Of a stretch of 64,000 bases of DNA, positions 20,889 through 30,699 are shown one piece after another. Every line of letters begins with the position of its first letter. Positions within the stretch are counted from its first letter, which is position 1. Below the pieces are notes generated by a model. The model worked only from the letters and a program-made list of their open reading frames with translations, was not told the origin of the DNA and did not search any database. Location of the stretch: positions 44 to 64,043 of the forward strand of contig JAPLNR010000069.1 in the NCBI GenBank assembly GCA_026401035.1. Direction: 5' to 3'. Source of the DNA: Planctomycetia bacterium. GTDB lineage: Bacteria; Planctomycetota; Planctomycetia; Pirellulales; UBA1268. A program made the position numbers and the translations under genes.

Positions 20889-22328
20889 ATGAACTTTCCC
20901 CGCATCGCCCGCTTTCGCACGGTCGACGACCTGCGGTCGCACTGCACGGCGATCGCAGCGCCGATTCCGCTTGACGACGTAGTGCTCGACGCGGCCGAGG
21001 GCTCGCCGCTGGCCGCGCCGATCGCCATCGGCGGCCGCCGCGCCGGCAACCGCTGGTGCATCCATCCGATGGAGGGCTGGGATGCCACCGCCGACGGCCT
21101 GCCGACCGACACGCTCCTCCGCCGCTGGAGAAACTTCGGCTTGAGCGGCGCAAAACTGATCTGGGGGGGCGAGGCCGTGGCCGTCCTTCCGGAAGGCCGC
21201 GCGAACCCGAACCAGCTCTGCGCCCCGGCACTCGGCCGCGGCGGGTTCGGCACGCTCGTGGCCACCGTTCGCGAGGCCCATCGGGCGCGGTATGGAGCGG
21301 ACGATGATTTCGTGGTGGCGATCCAGCTCACGCACTCGGGACGGTTTTCCAAGCCGACGAAGGCCGGCTGGCAGCCGCGGATCGCGTATCACCATCCGCT
21401 GCTCGACGCACGGCACCACGTCGACCCGCAGGACGCCGGCTGTGTGCTGTCAGACGACGATGTCGAACGGCTCATCGACTGCTACGTGGCGGCCGCCCGC
21501 GATGCCGAGGCGGCCGGGTTCGACATGGTCGACCTCAAGGCCTGCCATGGCTATCTCGTGCATGAGTTTCTTTCCGCCCGCCGGCGACCGGGCCGCTTCG
21601 GCGGCGACTTCGCTGGCCGCACGCGACTCTTGCGAACGCTCGTGGCACGGGTGCGGGCGGAGGCGCCGAGCCTCGCGATCGGCGTCCGGCTCTCGCTCTT
21701 CGACAGCGTGCCGTGGCACAAGGTGGGAGATCACGGCGAGCCGTGGCCCTTCGCGGATGCGCTCCCCTATGACTGCGGGTTTGGCGTCGACGCAGACGAC
21801 CCCACGCGGATCGATCTTGCGGAGCCGATCCGATTGCTCGAGGAGCTTCGCGACGCCGGTGTGGCCGCGGTCAATCTCTCCGCCGGCTCGCCCTATACCG
21901 TGCCGCATGTCACCCGTCCGGCGGCGTTTCCGCCGTCGGACGGCTATCCGCCGCCGGAGGATCCGCTCGTCGGCGTGTGGCGGCAGATCGAGGCCGCCGC
22001 CCGGGCGAAAGCGGCGGTGCCCGGGCTTGTGATGGTGGGCTCGGGCTACACCTACCTGCAGGAGTATGTTGCCCATGCCGCGCAGGCGGCGGTTCGCACG
22101 GGGATGATCGACATTGTGGGCCTCGGTCGGATGGTGCTTTCCTATCCGGAACTGCCGGCCGATGCGCTCGCCGGTAAAACGCTCACGCGAAACCGGATCT
22201 GCCGGACGTTCAGCGACTGTACGACCGCCCCGCGCAACGGACTCCGTAGCGGCTGCTATCCGCTCGACGACTTTTACAAGCAGCTCGAGCCGGAGGCATC
22301 CCGGCTGAAGTCGATCAAAAACGCCTGA
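20889..22328 (+). CDS. NADH:flavin oxidoreductase (Old Yellow Enzyme-like)
   Basis: NRWCIHPMEGWD, QLTHSGR, AGFDMVDLKACHGYL, FGGDFAGRTR, DIVGLGR. Confidence 0.88.
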   Translation: MNFPRIARFRTVDDLRSHCTAIAAPIPLDDVVLDAAEGSPLAAPIAIGGRRAGNRWCIHPMEGWDATADGLPTDTLLRRWRNFGLSGAKLIWGGEAVAVLPEGRANPNQLCAPALGRGGFGTLVATVREAHRARYGADDDFVVAIQLTHSGRFSKPTKAGWQPRIAYHHPLLDARHHVDPQDAGCVLSDDDVERLIDCYVAAARDAEAAGFDMVDLKACHGYLVHEFLSARRRPGRFGGDFAGRTRLLRTLVARVRAEAPSLAIGVRLSLFDSVPWHKVGDHGEPWPFADALPYDCGFGVDADDPTRIDLAEPIRLLEELRDAGVAAVNLSAGSPYTVPHVTRPAAFPPSDGYPPPEDPLVGVWRQIEAAARAKAAVPGLVMVGSGYTYLQEYVAHAAQAAVRTGMIDIVGLGRMVLSYPELPADALAGKTLTRNRICRTFSDCTTAPRNGLRSGCYPLDDFYKQLEPEASRLKSIKNA

Positions 22329-22332
22329 GCCG

Positions 22333-22400
22333 GATCCGGGCAGCGCCGCCTGCGCCAGATCCGGGCAGCGCTGCCTGCGCTGGGCCCGGGCAGCGGTGGC
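22333..22400. repeat. 25-bp tandem repeat, about 2.7 units
   Basis: GATCCGGGCAGCGCCGCCTGCGCCA / GATCCGGGCAGCGCTGCCTGCGCTG / GGCCCGGGCAGCGG..., with no spacers. Confidence 0.7.
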
Positions 22401-22514
22401 AAGCCGGTGTAGGCGATCCCGGCCAGAAGCGGCTGCAGGCTCCTGGAATCGATGGCATTCATGGTGTGCCTCCGGTGGATTACCATGATCGCCCCCAAGG
22501 AGAGGACGCCATTC

Positions 22515-23342
22515 ATGACGATGCGCTACGCAATTTGTAACGAGACCTATGTCGACTGGCCGTTCGCCAAGGCCTGCGACCATGCGGCCGCCTGCGGCTA
22601 CACGGGTCTCGAGATCGCGCCCTTCACGCTCGGACCACTCGCCACCGATGTCTCGCCGCAGCAGCGGCGGACCCTCGCCCGCACGATCGAGGAGGCGGGG
22701 CTTGCGTGCGTCGGCCTGCATTGGCTCCTCGCCAAGACGACGGGATTTCACGTCACGCATCCCGATCCGGCCGTCAGGCAGCGAACGGTCGACTACCTCG
22801 GCGACCTGGCGCGGCTCGGCGCCGATCTCGGCGGTCGTGTGCTCGTCTTCGGGTCGCCCCTGCAGCGGAGCCTGATGCCCGGCGTGTCGCCGGCCGAGGC
22901 CCTCGACCATCTCGATGAGGTGTTTGGAAAACTGGTGCCGGTGCTCGAGCAGACGAACATGGTCGTGGCGCTCGAGCCGCTCGCACCGGCCGAGACGAAT
23001 GTGCTCAACACGGCCGCGGAAACCTGCGGCCTGATCGAGCGGATCGGTTCGCCGCACGTGCGGCTGCTCCTCGACGTGAAGGCGATGTCGAGCGAGCCGA
23101 AGCCGATTCCCGAGATCATCCGGGCGAGTGCCAAACACATCGAGCATTTCCATGCCAACGATGCGAACCTCCAGGGACCGGGATTCGGCGCCGTCGACTT
23201 CGTGCCGATCTTCAACGCCCTGGAGGAGATCCGTTACGGCGGCTGGGTGAGCGTGGAGGTATTCGACTACGCTCCCGGCGTCGAGCGGCTCGCGAAGGAG
23301 AGCATCGACTACATGCACCGCGTCGCCGGGGCCCGCGAATGA
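22515..23342 (+). CDS. Sugar phosphate isomerase/epimerase (xylose-isomerase-like TIM barrel)
   Basis: GLEIAPF, ALEPL, LLLDVKAM, HFHAND, GPGFG, WVSVEVF metal-binding pattern; AAGGAGAGG RBS. Confidence 0.88.
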   Translation: MTMRYAICNETYVDWPFAKACDHAAACGYTGLEIAPFTLGPLATDVSPQQRRTLARTIEEAGLACVGLHWLLAKTTGFHVTHPDPAVRQRTVDYLGDLARLGADLGGRVLVFGSPLQRSLMPGVSPAEALDHLDEVFGKLVPVLEQTNMVVALEPLAPAETNVLNTAAETCGLIERIGSPHVRLLLDVKAMSSEPKPIPEIIRASAKHIEHFHANDANLQGPGFGAVDFVPIFNALEEIRYGGWVSVEVFDYAPGVERLAKESIDYMHRVAGARE

Positions 23343-24619
23343 ACCGACCTTGTGCGGCCTTTGTGATGCGTGCTGCCCTCGCGATAGTGCTTGCGTATCT
23401 CGCGGGGGACGGTGTCTGGGCCGCGGAAAGTGGTGCGGCTGCGGCCCAGGTGAGCGGAGTGAGCGTGGCGGCGTGGGGGAGGATCACCGAGCAGGCTGCG
23501 GGGCTGGGCCGGTTCCGATTCGAGATCGACCGCTGGCCTGCGGATGGACGGCTGCCGGTGCCGGCCGGCTTTCCGCAGATCGTGCGAGCGGGTCTTGTTG
23601 GCCGGTCAGACGGCGTCGGGATAGACGGGACAGGCACTCGCATCGAGCTCAATGCCGCGGCGACGGAGGTTGTTCTCCTCGTGCCGGCGCTTCCCGCGGG
23701 CGTGACGTCGGGCACGGTCGCCGTCGAGACCGCCGAGGAGACGCGGCAGTTTGACGATGGTCGCATCGTGTTGACGGCCCGCAATGCGAAAATCCTCCCG
23801 GGCAGCCGGACGGCCGATGCGAAAGCGACCGCGAAGCTGGAACAGCAGCCAGGCAACTCCCGAATCGGCTTCTGGACGAATCCCGACGAGGCCGTGAGCT
23901 GGGCGTACCAGGCGTCGCGTTGGGGCAGGTATGACGTCGTGCTGACGTACTCGACAGGCGGACCGGACGGCACGGAAATCGAAGTCGAGATTGGCGATGC
24001 GAAACTGACCGGGCGGCTGGCTGCGACCGGCAGCTGGTACCGCTATGCCGTGCTACCGCTCGGCGGCGTGTATCTGTCCGCGGCCGGCGAGCAGGTGCTC
24101 ACGGTGCGGTGCACAAAAAAGACAGGCGGGGCCGTGATGAATCTCAAGAGCATCACGCTCCTGCCGGCCTGCGAAGGTACGAACCCGGTGCAGGCGGATG
24201 ACGGCGTCGTCACGCTGCACGGCCGGGATGCGACGGTGCTCGGCACCGCGCTCCGCTACGAGCCCGCCGAGAAAAAACAGACGCTCGGCTTTTGGACCCG
24301 TGCCACGGATGCCGCCCGGTGGGAGTTTACCGTCCACACGCCGGGGGAATTCGACGTGGAGGTGCTGCAGGGCTGCGGTGCGGGGCAGGGGGGCAGCACG
24401 ATGGCCGTGGAGTTTGACGCCGGGCGACTGCCCGCGGTCGCGCCGGTCGAGTTCGTGGTGGAGGACACCGGCGGATTCCAGCAGTTTCGCCCGCGGGTGG
24501 TCGGCCGCGTCGTGCTCACGGCCGCCGGAGCGCATGAAGTGCGGATCGTGCCGCGAAAGATCGCCAAGACCGCCGCCTGCGATGTCAGACAGATCCGGCT
24601 CGTGCCCGTGAAGCCGTGA
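23339..24619 (+). CDS. Secreted protein with two carbohydrate-binding-like beta-sandwich domains
   Basis: Signal-like N-terminus; two homologous repeats (DDGRIVLTARNA...IGFWT...W and DDGVVTLHGRDA...LGFWT...W); ATG overlaps the upstream stop. Confidence 0.65.
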   Translation: MNRPCAAFVMRAALAIVLAYLAGDGVWAAESGAAAAQVSGVSVAAWGRITEQAAGLGRFRFEIDRWPADGRLPVPAGFPQIVRAGLVGRSDGVGIDGTGTRIELNAAATEVVLLVPALPAGVTSGTVAVETAEETRQFDDGRIVLTARNAKILPGSRTADAKATAKLEQQPGNSRIGFWTNPDEAVSWAYQASRWGRYDVVLTYSTGGPDGTEIEVEIGDAKLTGRLAATGSWYRYAVLPLGGVYLSAAGEQVLTVRCTKKTGGAVMNLKSITLLPACEGTNPVQADDGVVTLHGRDATVLGTALRYEPAEKKQTLGFWTRATDAARWEFTVHTPGEFDVEVLQGCGAGQGGSTMAVEFDAGRLPAVAPVEFVVEDTGGFQQFRPRVVGRVVLTAAGAHEVRIVPRKIAKTAACDVRQIRLVPVKP

Positions 24620-24680
24620 TTGCCTGCGCCTGTTTGATTCATTGTGATTCGTCCGTATCCACAAAAAGGCATTCAGCATC

Positions 24681-25154
24681 ATGACGCCCGCTCCCTCGGC
24701 CCAGACACGCTTCGAAGCTCTTGGTCTCACGCTGCCGCCGGCTCCGAAGCCGATCGGGGCCTACAAGCCGTTCCTGCAGGTTGGCTCCCATGTCTATGTG
24801 TCGGGGCACCTGCCGATGCTCGCCGATGGGGCGTTGCTGCGTGGCCGGGTGGGGGGCGATCTCGACGCAGATGCAGGCAAGGCCGCGGCCCGGCAGGTGG
24901 CGCTCACGATCCTCGCGACGCTGCTGACGAATCTCGACAGCCTCGACCGTGTCGGCCGGGTGCTCAAGGTGCTCGGCGTGGTGAGTTGCACGCCCGACTT
25001 CGAGAAGCACCCGCATGTGATCAACGGCTGCAGCGAACTCTTCGCGGAGATCTGGGGGGCCGATCACGGCGTCGGTGTGCGGAGCGCCATCGGCGTGACT
25101 TCGCTGCCGAGCGGTGTACCAGTCGAGATCGAGGCAATGTTCGAACTGGCGTAG
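24681..25154 (+). CDS. RidA/YjgF family protein
   Basis: LGLTLPPAPKP, VYVSGHLP, INGCSELF, RSAIGVTSLP, PVEIE. Confidence 0.92.
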   Translation: MTPAPSAQTRFEALGLTLPPAPKPIGAYKPFLQVGSHVYVSGHLPMLADGALLRGRVGGDLDADAGKAAARQVALTILATLLTNLDSLDRVGRVLKVLGVVSCTPDFEKHPHVINGCSELFAEIWGADHGVGVRSAIGVTSLPSGVPVEIEAMFELA

Positions 25155-25202
25155 GCCCGCCCCCCGAGGCAGGCGAAGCCTCCCCTTCAATCCGCGCAGA
25201 AA

Positions 25203-25224
25203 GTAGGACAGGCTTCAGCCTGTC
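25203..25224 (+). repeat. GTAG-family REP element, copy 2
   Basis: GTAGGACAGGCTTCAGCCTGTC; the match to copy 1 extends to 27 nt. Confidence 0.85.
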
Positions 25225-25225
25225 A

Positions 25226-25309
25226 TGCCCCGTCATCAAGGCGGGCATCACGCCCAGCCAGTTCGTCGCCAACATCGATATCGCCCCGCCGTTCCTCGAG
25301 CTGGCCGGT
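25226..25309 (+). pseudogene. Short sulfatase-like gene fragment
   Basis: Translates PVIKAGITPSQFVANIDIAPPFLELAG, resembling the sulfatase NIDIAPTxLELAG motif; no start codon or rest of gene. Confidence 0.55.
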
Positions 25310-25341
25310 GAGGTCGTTGACAGTCACCTTTCCTCTTTCCA

Positions 25342-25755
25342 TCAGGGGCGGATCGCCACTCCAAGGGCCTCCCCCAGGCGAATCCAATCCCGGTGCCCAG
25401 AATCGACGACCCATCGCAGCACGCTCATGTCGAGCCGATCGTACTGGTGGATGGCAACGTTGCGGAAACCCACCATCCCGTGGAGCGATTTCGCCAGCGA
25501 TTCGTCGATAAGACCTGCCCGCTGCAAAAGAGAGAAGGCGTCAGACTTGCTCTGCGGAACGCCGAGGTGTCGTTCCGCAACGACGTGCATCGCCATGTCG
25601 ATCGCGGCCTGACAGCCCCGTTCAATGTTGAGCGTGAGAGCGTCGACGTGCGTGAAGTTGTCGAGACCCGGGCAGGATCGCACCTCTTCGGCAATCCGTC
25701 GCACGCACCTCTCGATGATCGCTGCCTTATTGAGCAGGATGTCGTCAGGCGGCAT
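25342..25755 (-). CDS. hepT: HEPN (DUF86) RNase toxin, HepT type
   Basis: RX4HXY motif GFRNVAIHQY; LNIERGCQAAIDMAMH; lies directly downstream of an MNT gene. Confidence 0.88.
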   Translation of the reverse strand: MPPDDILLNKAAIIERCVRRIAEEVRSCPGLDNFTHVDALTLNIERGCQAAIDMAMHVVAERHLGVPQSKSDAFSLLQRAGLIDESLAKSLHGMVGFRNVAIHQYDRLDMSVLRWVVDSGHRDWIRLGEALGVAIRP

Positions 25756-26149
25756 ACGCGTGAAGCACCTCTCGCCGCGCTTCCTGGAGCGACGCATACA
25801 TGGAGAGGGTGTACATCTCAAACTGCGCCGTGACGAGATGGTCCCGTTCAAAGACGAGCCTGCCGCCAGCCACTGCCTCCTTGGCATACACGAGGTTGGC
25901 CAAGGACAAGCTGCCAAGATCCACATGACGCCCCACGATCGAGGCGAGTTCCGCAGCCAAGGCCAACCTTTCCTGGGCTGCAAGAGGCCGGCCAGGATGG
26001 GGCAGCACAGCGATGTCCACGTCACTGTCCAAACGCAAGCGGCCTTCGACCGCAGAACCGAGAAGGTAAGCGGCAGACACGAAGGGCCGGCTGCGCAGAT
26101 GCGCCGCAACGGCTGACAACACGTTTTCCGCAATCGCCGGCTCGCTCAT
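25745..26149 (-). CDS. mntA: Minimal nucleotidyltransferase antitoxin, MntA type
   Basis: GSX10DXD motif LGSAVEGRLRLDSDVDIAV; GRHVDL; overlaps the HEPN start. Confidence 0.88.
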   Translation of the reverse strand: MSEPAIAENVLSAVAAHLRSRPFVSAAYLLGSAVEGRLRLDSDVDIAVLPHPGRPLAAQERLALAAELASIVGRHVDLGSLSLANLVYAKEAVAGGRLVFERDHLVTAQFEMYTLSMYASLQEARREVLHAYAA

Positions 26150-26514
26150 GGATCCACGCATGTTCCACAGGTCACGGGTTCCCTCAAGGATACTCTGATG
26201 GCACCCACCCCGTGAAGAAACGTCAGCCAAAAAGGTGACCGCCACCAAAAACAGGCACCCTGCGTAGGTCGATCCGTCACAGTACCCACAGCTTGTGGCG
26301 GGCACCGCCTTCCCCCTGGCCAATTCGACCTGCAACTGGCGGCGAAGAAGGAGCCCAGGAAGTCGCGTGATTGACGGCCCGCCCGGCCTGCCTTTCGGGA
26401 TGCTGTCCATGCGTGCCATGCCTGTCATGCGTGTCGCCGCCGCTGGGTCGGTCGTCGCTCCCAACATGCCTGATTACGAGCTCGAGGTGTGGCTGCTGAT
26501 CCGACGGTGACGTG

Positions 26515-29500
26515 TCAGGGAGGGGCATCGCCAAAACTGTACGTCGGCAGGTGCCGGTAGGGCACTTCCAACGTGAGCAGATGGAGCGCGGTCACGTAGA
26601 GTCGCCCGCCGTAGGGGCCCCAGCGATCGGGCGTCGGTCCCAGTGGATCCCAGCTGCCAGCCCGCGGTCCCGCCGTTTCCTGGTGGGTGGCGAGGGTCTT
26701 GCCCAGGCTGTCGTACCAGCTGTCCCATTCCTCTCCGCCGGTGTGCACGAGCACCTGGGACATGTAGTACCAAAGATAGCAGTCGCGGATTTTTTCATTC
26801 GGGCTGCCGTAGGTCGGCCGCATGGCGGCCAGGGCATGTCCATTCTCGACGACGCGGTCATCGGTGCTCTTCCAGCCGGTGTGCAGCCGCATCAGGGTGC
26901 CGAGCGCGGTCATGCAGGCCGTCGACATTTCAGACGGACGCTGCTCGGGCTTGCGGGCGTTGTAATGAAACCGGGCCAGTTTGTTTTTCACGGCGGCGGA
27001 CGGCGGCGCGATCAGCGACGCATCGAGCAGCGACCGCACGCCGTCGAGCGTGCGCTGTTCGACCGGCACCCTGGCCAGTTGCCCCGACCGCAGCGCCACG
27101 AGCATCCAGCCGCTCACCGAGAGATCGGCATCGCTGCGCGGCGTGTACCGCCAGCCGCCACGTTCCGGGTGCTGGCTGTCGGAGATGAAGCCGCAGGCGC
27201 GGGCGGCAGCCGGGCGGATGAGGTCGTCGCCCGTCATGCCGACGGCCTCGCACAGCGCCATCGTCGCGATCCCGTGGCTGTAGAGCCAGGCGCAACTGTT
27301 GGAAAGTTGGTCGGCGGGAGCATAGAGATCGCCATCGGCTTTCTGCACCGCCAGCAGGAATTCAAGTCCGCGGCGGACGGTGTCGCGGTGTTTGCCGGCA
27401 AAATGGTCGTGGCCCGCGCCGAGAAAGCTCAAGAGGGCGAGGCCCGTCGCGGCCGTGTCGGAGGCCAGTTTGGGGGCGGCCTCGCCGGCGGCGCCGGGAT
27501 AGGCGGCGAGGCTCCAGCGTCCGTCCGGCTGCTGGGCCCGCCGGAGGAAATCGAGGCCGCGGTCGACCATGCCATCGGTCTTCTCCGTCTCCGCGGTGCG
27601 GCGCTCCTTCGAACGTTTGACGAATGGCTCGGCAATCTCCCGCACACGGCCCTCGACGGGCAGCACGAACGCCGTCGCGCGGGGCAAGGTGGCGGCTGGC
27701 GCGAGGGGAACGTCGTCCGTGGAGGGGGACAGGCCGCGGCGCGATCCCGCCGAGGTCATGGCGACCGCCGGGGCGACGGCGATCATGCCGTCGGTGGAAA
27801 GGGTGTCGTCCGCTTCGCTCTGGGCATTCGTCGCGGCAGCTTCTGCACCGCCCCGCGCATCGGCCAGCCCGCGGGCACCACGCGAGGCGAGCGACCGCGG
27901 TTGCGGGCTCACGCGGGCGGTCGTGTCAGCGGCATCGCCGTTCTCCGGACCGCGTCCATCGGCTGCCGATCCCCCGCCATCGTTGGCACCCGCAGTGTCG
28001 GCGAGGAGCTCGGCTCGACCGTTTTCGGTGCCGCCGTCGGCGGTGGTGATCGCGGCCCGGATCGGCGCGGCGGGTGCACCACCGACTCCCGCATCCGCCT
28101 CGCTTCCTGCTCCGTCTTCTTCCTCGCTTGCGTTCAGGGAAGCGGAGTCATCCCGCTGAGGCCGCGTTCCCCGCTCGAGTCCGATCGCTGCACCGGCCGG
28201 CCGACCAGCCGCAATCATGCTGCCAGCACTCTCCACCGCTCCTTCCATGGCCTCGGCATCGTGGCCGCTGTCGGTCGACGGGCGGCTGCCCACGGAGGCT
28301 GAACCAGCCGCACGACCGCGGGCTGGGCGGCCACCACGCGGGCCGGGCCGCAGGTTCGTGAGTCCGGCGCCGTCAGCGGCCGTCTCTCCTGGCACAAAGC
28401 CGCCTGTACCCCCTGGCCCGGCAGGCAGCGGAACAGCGTCGGTTGCGCCGGCCGCCATGCCCGCGGATGCCACGCTCGATCTGGCCAGCGCTGTGGGAGA
28501 GCCGCCGAACAGGGCCGATGCGCCGGACAACGGTGCGACCTTCGGAACGCGGCTGACCGCTGCGACGGCCTGCGGCGTGGGAGCCAACGGAGGTGCATCC
28601 GCATCATTATCATTGTCAGCCACGGCATCGGCGGGGCGGGCGGATGTTGCAGCCTGCGCTGAAGCTTTGGCGGAAGCGAGCCGCCGTTCGCTTGGCTGTC
28701 GCGTGGGCCGCACCTGCGGCTGCGTCGGGGCGTTGGCCGCCTGCGTTGGCGCTGTGGTGATCATCTCGGCCAGCACGGTCGGCGTGGCTCCGGCATCGAG
28801 CGTTGTCTGCCGTCGGGCGAGATTCGTGACTCGTGGAGCCGAGATGGGCCGGGACGGTTCACGGCGGGGCGTGGGCGTGGTGCCTGGTCCGATCGTCCGC
28901 GGCGGTGCTGTCTCCAGCATGGCCACCTCCCTGGGCACGCCCGCGCTTGCTGACCTCGTGACACGTTCGCCCGCGCCGGCCCGGGGCGGCTTGCCCTTCG
29001 ACGCCGCCGGCCGTGGCGATTTGGCCGCCGGGTCCGCTATCGGCTTGGCGGCCAGCAGATCTGCCTTCGCCTGCTGATCCACTTTGAGGGCGGGCTGCGT
29101 GTCGAGCTCTCGGCGATCGAGCTGCTCTGCGGCAGCGAGGCTTTTGTCGCGGGGAGCGGAGGATCGTTTGGGCAACTGTGCTACGGGCTTTGCCTGCTCC
29201 GTCGCTTCCGCCCCCTGTGCCGGCGAGACAGTCCGCGAGGCCTTGGCTGTGTCCGGTTTTCGGCTGTCGGCCGGCGGCCGCCTGACGGGAATCTCGAGCG
29301 CGAGCGGTTTTTCGTGCGCCGGCGCGTCGTCCCCGGACTTTGACACTTCCAGAGGAAAGTCGGCGGCCAGCTTCGGCTTGAAGATGTTCTTCATGCCGGA
29401 GGGGTTGCCGGGGGACGGCGCGGGAAGGATGCCGAGGCTCGTCGTGGCGAGGCCGCCCGCGAGCAGCGCATGCAGCAGCAGGCTCAGGAGCGTGGCGACC

Positions 29501-29577
29501 TGCAGGCTCACCCGCTGTTTACGGCGCACCTCGAGCCCGTCGGAAGAAGAGGCGGCGGGTGTCGGGAGCCTAGTCAT
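26515..29577 (-). CDS. TonB/TolA-like membrane-anchored protein with C-terminal prenyltransferase/squalene-oxidase-repeat (alpha/alpha barrel) domain
   Basis: Single N-terminal TM with SLLLHALLAGGLATTS, roughly 600-aa Pro/Ala-rich linker, then QW-type repeats (GLDFLRRAQQPDGRW, GLEFLLAVQKADG, SQHPERGGWRY, GSWDP). Start at 29577 or 29628. Confidence 0.75.
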   Translation of the reverse strand: MTRLPTPAASSSDGLEVRRKQRVSLQVATLLSLLLHALLAGGLATTSLGILPAPSPGNPSGMKNIFKPKLAADFPLEVSKSGDDAPAHEKPLALEIPVRRPPADSRKPDTAKASRTVSPAQGAEATEQAKPVAQLPKRSSAPRDKSLAAAEQLDRRELDTQPALKVDQQAKADLLAAKPIADPAAKSPRPAASKGKPPRAGAGERVTRSASAGVPREVAMLETAPPRTIGPGTTPTPRREPSRPISAPRVTNLARRQTTLDAGATPTVLAEMITTAPTQAANAPTQPQVRPTRQPSERRLASAKASAQAATSARPADAVADNDNDADAPPLAPTPQAVAAVSRVPKVAPLSGASALFGGSPTALARSSVASAGMAAGATDAVPLPAGPGGTGGFVPGETAADGAGLTNLRPGPRGGRPARGRAAGSASVGSRPSTDSGHDAEAMEGAVESAGSMIAAGRPAGAAIGLERGTRPQRDDSASLNASEEEDGAGSEADAGVGGAPAAPIRAAITTADGGTENGRAELLADTAGANDGGGSAADGRGPENGDAADTTARVSPQPRSLASRGARGLADARGGAEAAATNAQSEADDTLSTDGMIAVAPAVAMTSAGSRRGLSPSTDDVPLAPAATLPRATAFVLPVEGRVREIAEPFVKRSKERRTAETEKTDGMVDRGLDFLRRAQQPDGRWSLAAYPGAAGEAAPKLASDTAATGLALLSFLGAGHDHFAGKHRDTVRRGLEFLLAVQKADGDLYAPADQLSNSCAWLYSHGIATMALCEAVGMTGDDLIRPAAARACGFISDSQHPERGGWRYTPRSDADLSVSGWMLVALRSGQLARVPVEQRTLDGVRSLLDASLIAPPSAAVKNKLARFHYNARKPEQRPSEMSTACMTALGTLMRLHTGWKSTDDRVVENGHALAAMRPTYGSPNEKIRDCYLWYYMSQVLVHTGGEEWDSWYDSLGKTLATHQETAGPRAGSWDPLGPTPDRWGPYGGRLYVTALHLLTLEVPYRHLPTYSFGDAPP

Positions 29578-29986
29578 CGCTGGCGGATTGAACCTGGTAG
29601 TCGTCGATGCCCGCCTGAACACAGGCATTCATTGCGCCGACGACGAACTTGTGCTGCACGTTCTCATCGGCCCGCACGATCACCTTCTGTCCCTGTGGAT
29701 TGTCGGCTGCCGCCTGCTTGAGCCGGGACGTCAGGTCTACCAGGGTGATCGGCTTGGCGCCGGCGAAGTAGGACCCCTGGCGGTCGATGCTGATGATGAA
29801 CTCGGCGGGCTGGCTCGTGAGCGGCTTGGCGGCGCTCGCCTTGGGAAGGACCACGTCGATGGAGCGGTCGGCTTCCTCGAGCTTGCTGGCCACGAGAAAG
29901 AAGATCATCAGTAAAAAGACGATGTCGATCATGGGCGTCAGCTCGAGCCCGCTGCCGAGCCGTCCCTTGTCGATCCGCACGCTCAT
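29570..29986 (-). CDS. exbD: ExbD/TolR family protein
   Basis: LTPMIDIVFLLMIFF with the conserved TM Asp; VIVRADENV. Confidence 0.92.
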   Translation of the reverse strand: MSVRIDKGRLGSGLELTPMIDIVFLLMIFFLVASKLEEADRSIDVVLPKASAAKPLTSQPAEFIISIDRQGSYFAGAKPITLVDLTSRLKQAAADNPQGQKVIVRADENVQHKFVVGAMNACVQAGIDDYQVQSASDD

Positions 29987-30699
29987 GGCTTTCGTCCCTG
30001 GGCCGGGTGCGCGGGCGTGACCGGTGGCTCGGCGGCTAGCTGCGCGGGCGTGACCCGGCCCTTGTTTTCGTATCGCTCCAACTGCGGCAGCAGTCCACCG
30101 ACGACCTCATCGACGCGGCGAAAGCCGGCGAGGATGCGGCCCTCGAGGAAGTGGGCGATCATCGATGCCGGGATCGCGACGCACAGCCCGGCGAAGGTCG
30201 TGATCAGGGCCACGTAAATCCCCTGTGCGAGTTCGGCGGCGCGGTTGGCTCCGGCCTGGAGATTGGCCGTGGTGTAGAAAGCGAGAATCATGCCCTGCAC
30301 CGTGCCGAGCAGCCCCAACAGCGGCGTCACCGAGACGGCGAGGCTGATTGGCCGGATGTTGGCGTAGAGCTTCGAGGCCTCCCGCTCTTTGGCGGCGTCG
30401 ACGGCATGCTCCACCTCCGGCAGCGGTCGGCCAAGTTTTTCCAGCATCGCCTTGATCACGTCGGACAGGACCGACGGATGCTCCTGGGCAAGGCGATAGA
30501 CCTTGCGCGGGTCGAACGGTCCCTCCGGGGGAAGTTTGCCCAGGGCATCGAGAAGCGGACGGGGCACGAACCGGCTGCGCCGCAGCGCCCAGAGCCGCTC
30601 GATGCCGAACGCAACCACCACCACCGACATGGCCACGATCGGCCACATCAGGAAACCGCCGGCGAGGAAAAGTTCCCACAGCGATTGGATATTGTTCAT
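29983..30699 (-). CDS. exbB: MotA/TolQ/ExbB proton channel protein
   Basis: GGFLMWPI, PLLGLLGTVQGMI, GIYVALITTFAGLCVAIP; ATG overlaps the TPR stop. Confidence 0.92.
   Translation of the reverse strand: MNNIQSLWELFLAGGFLMWPIVAMSVVVVAFGIERLWALRRSRFVPRPLLDALGKLPPEGPFDPRKVYRLAQEHPSVLSDVIKAMLEKLGRPLPEVEHAVDAAKEREASKLYANIRPISLAVSVTPLLGLLGTVQGMILAFYTTANLQAGANRAAELAQGIYVALITTFAGLCVAIPASMIAHFLEGRILAGFRRVDEVVGGLLPQLERYENKGRVTPAQLAAEPPVTPAHPAQGRKP

Noticed and set aside
22333-22400. 25-bp repeats as a CRISPR array
   Set aside because: Units are contiguous with no spacers, degenerate, fewer than three, and no cas genes are present.
26150-26514. Possible small gene or repeat upstream of mntA
   Set aside because: Only an imperfect palindrome near 26229-26252 and no convincing ORF; it cannot be supported from this window.
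26515-27600. Squalene-hopene cyclase call
   Set aside because: Only a single barrel with QW-type repeats, no DxDD motif, and it is fused to a TM anchor in an exbBD operon.
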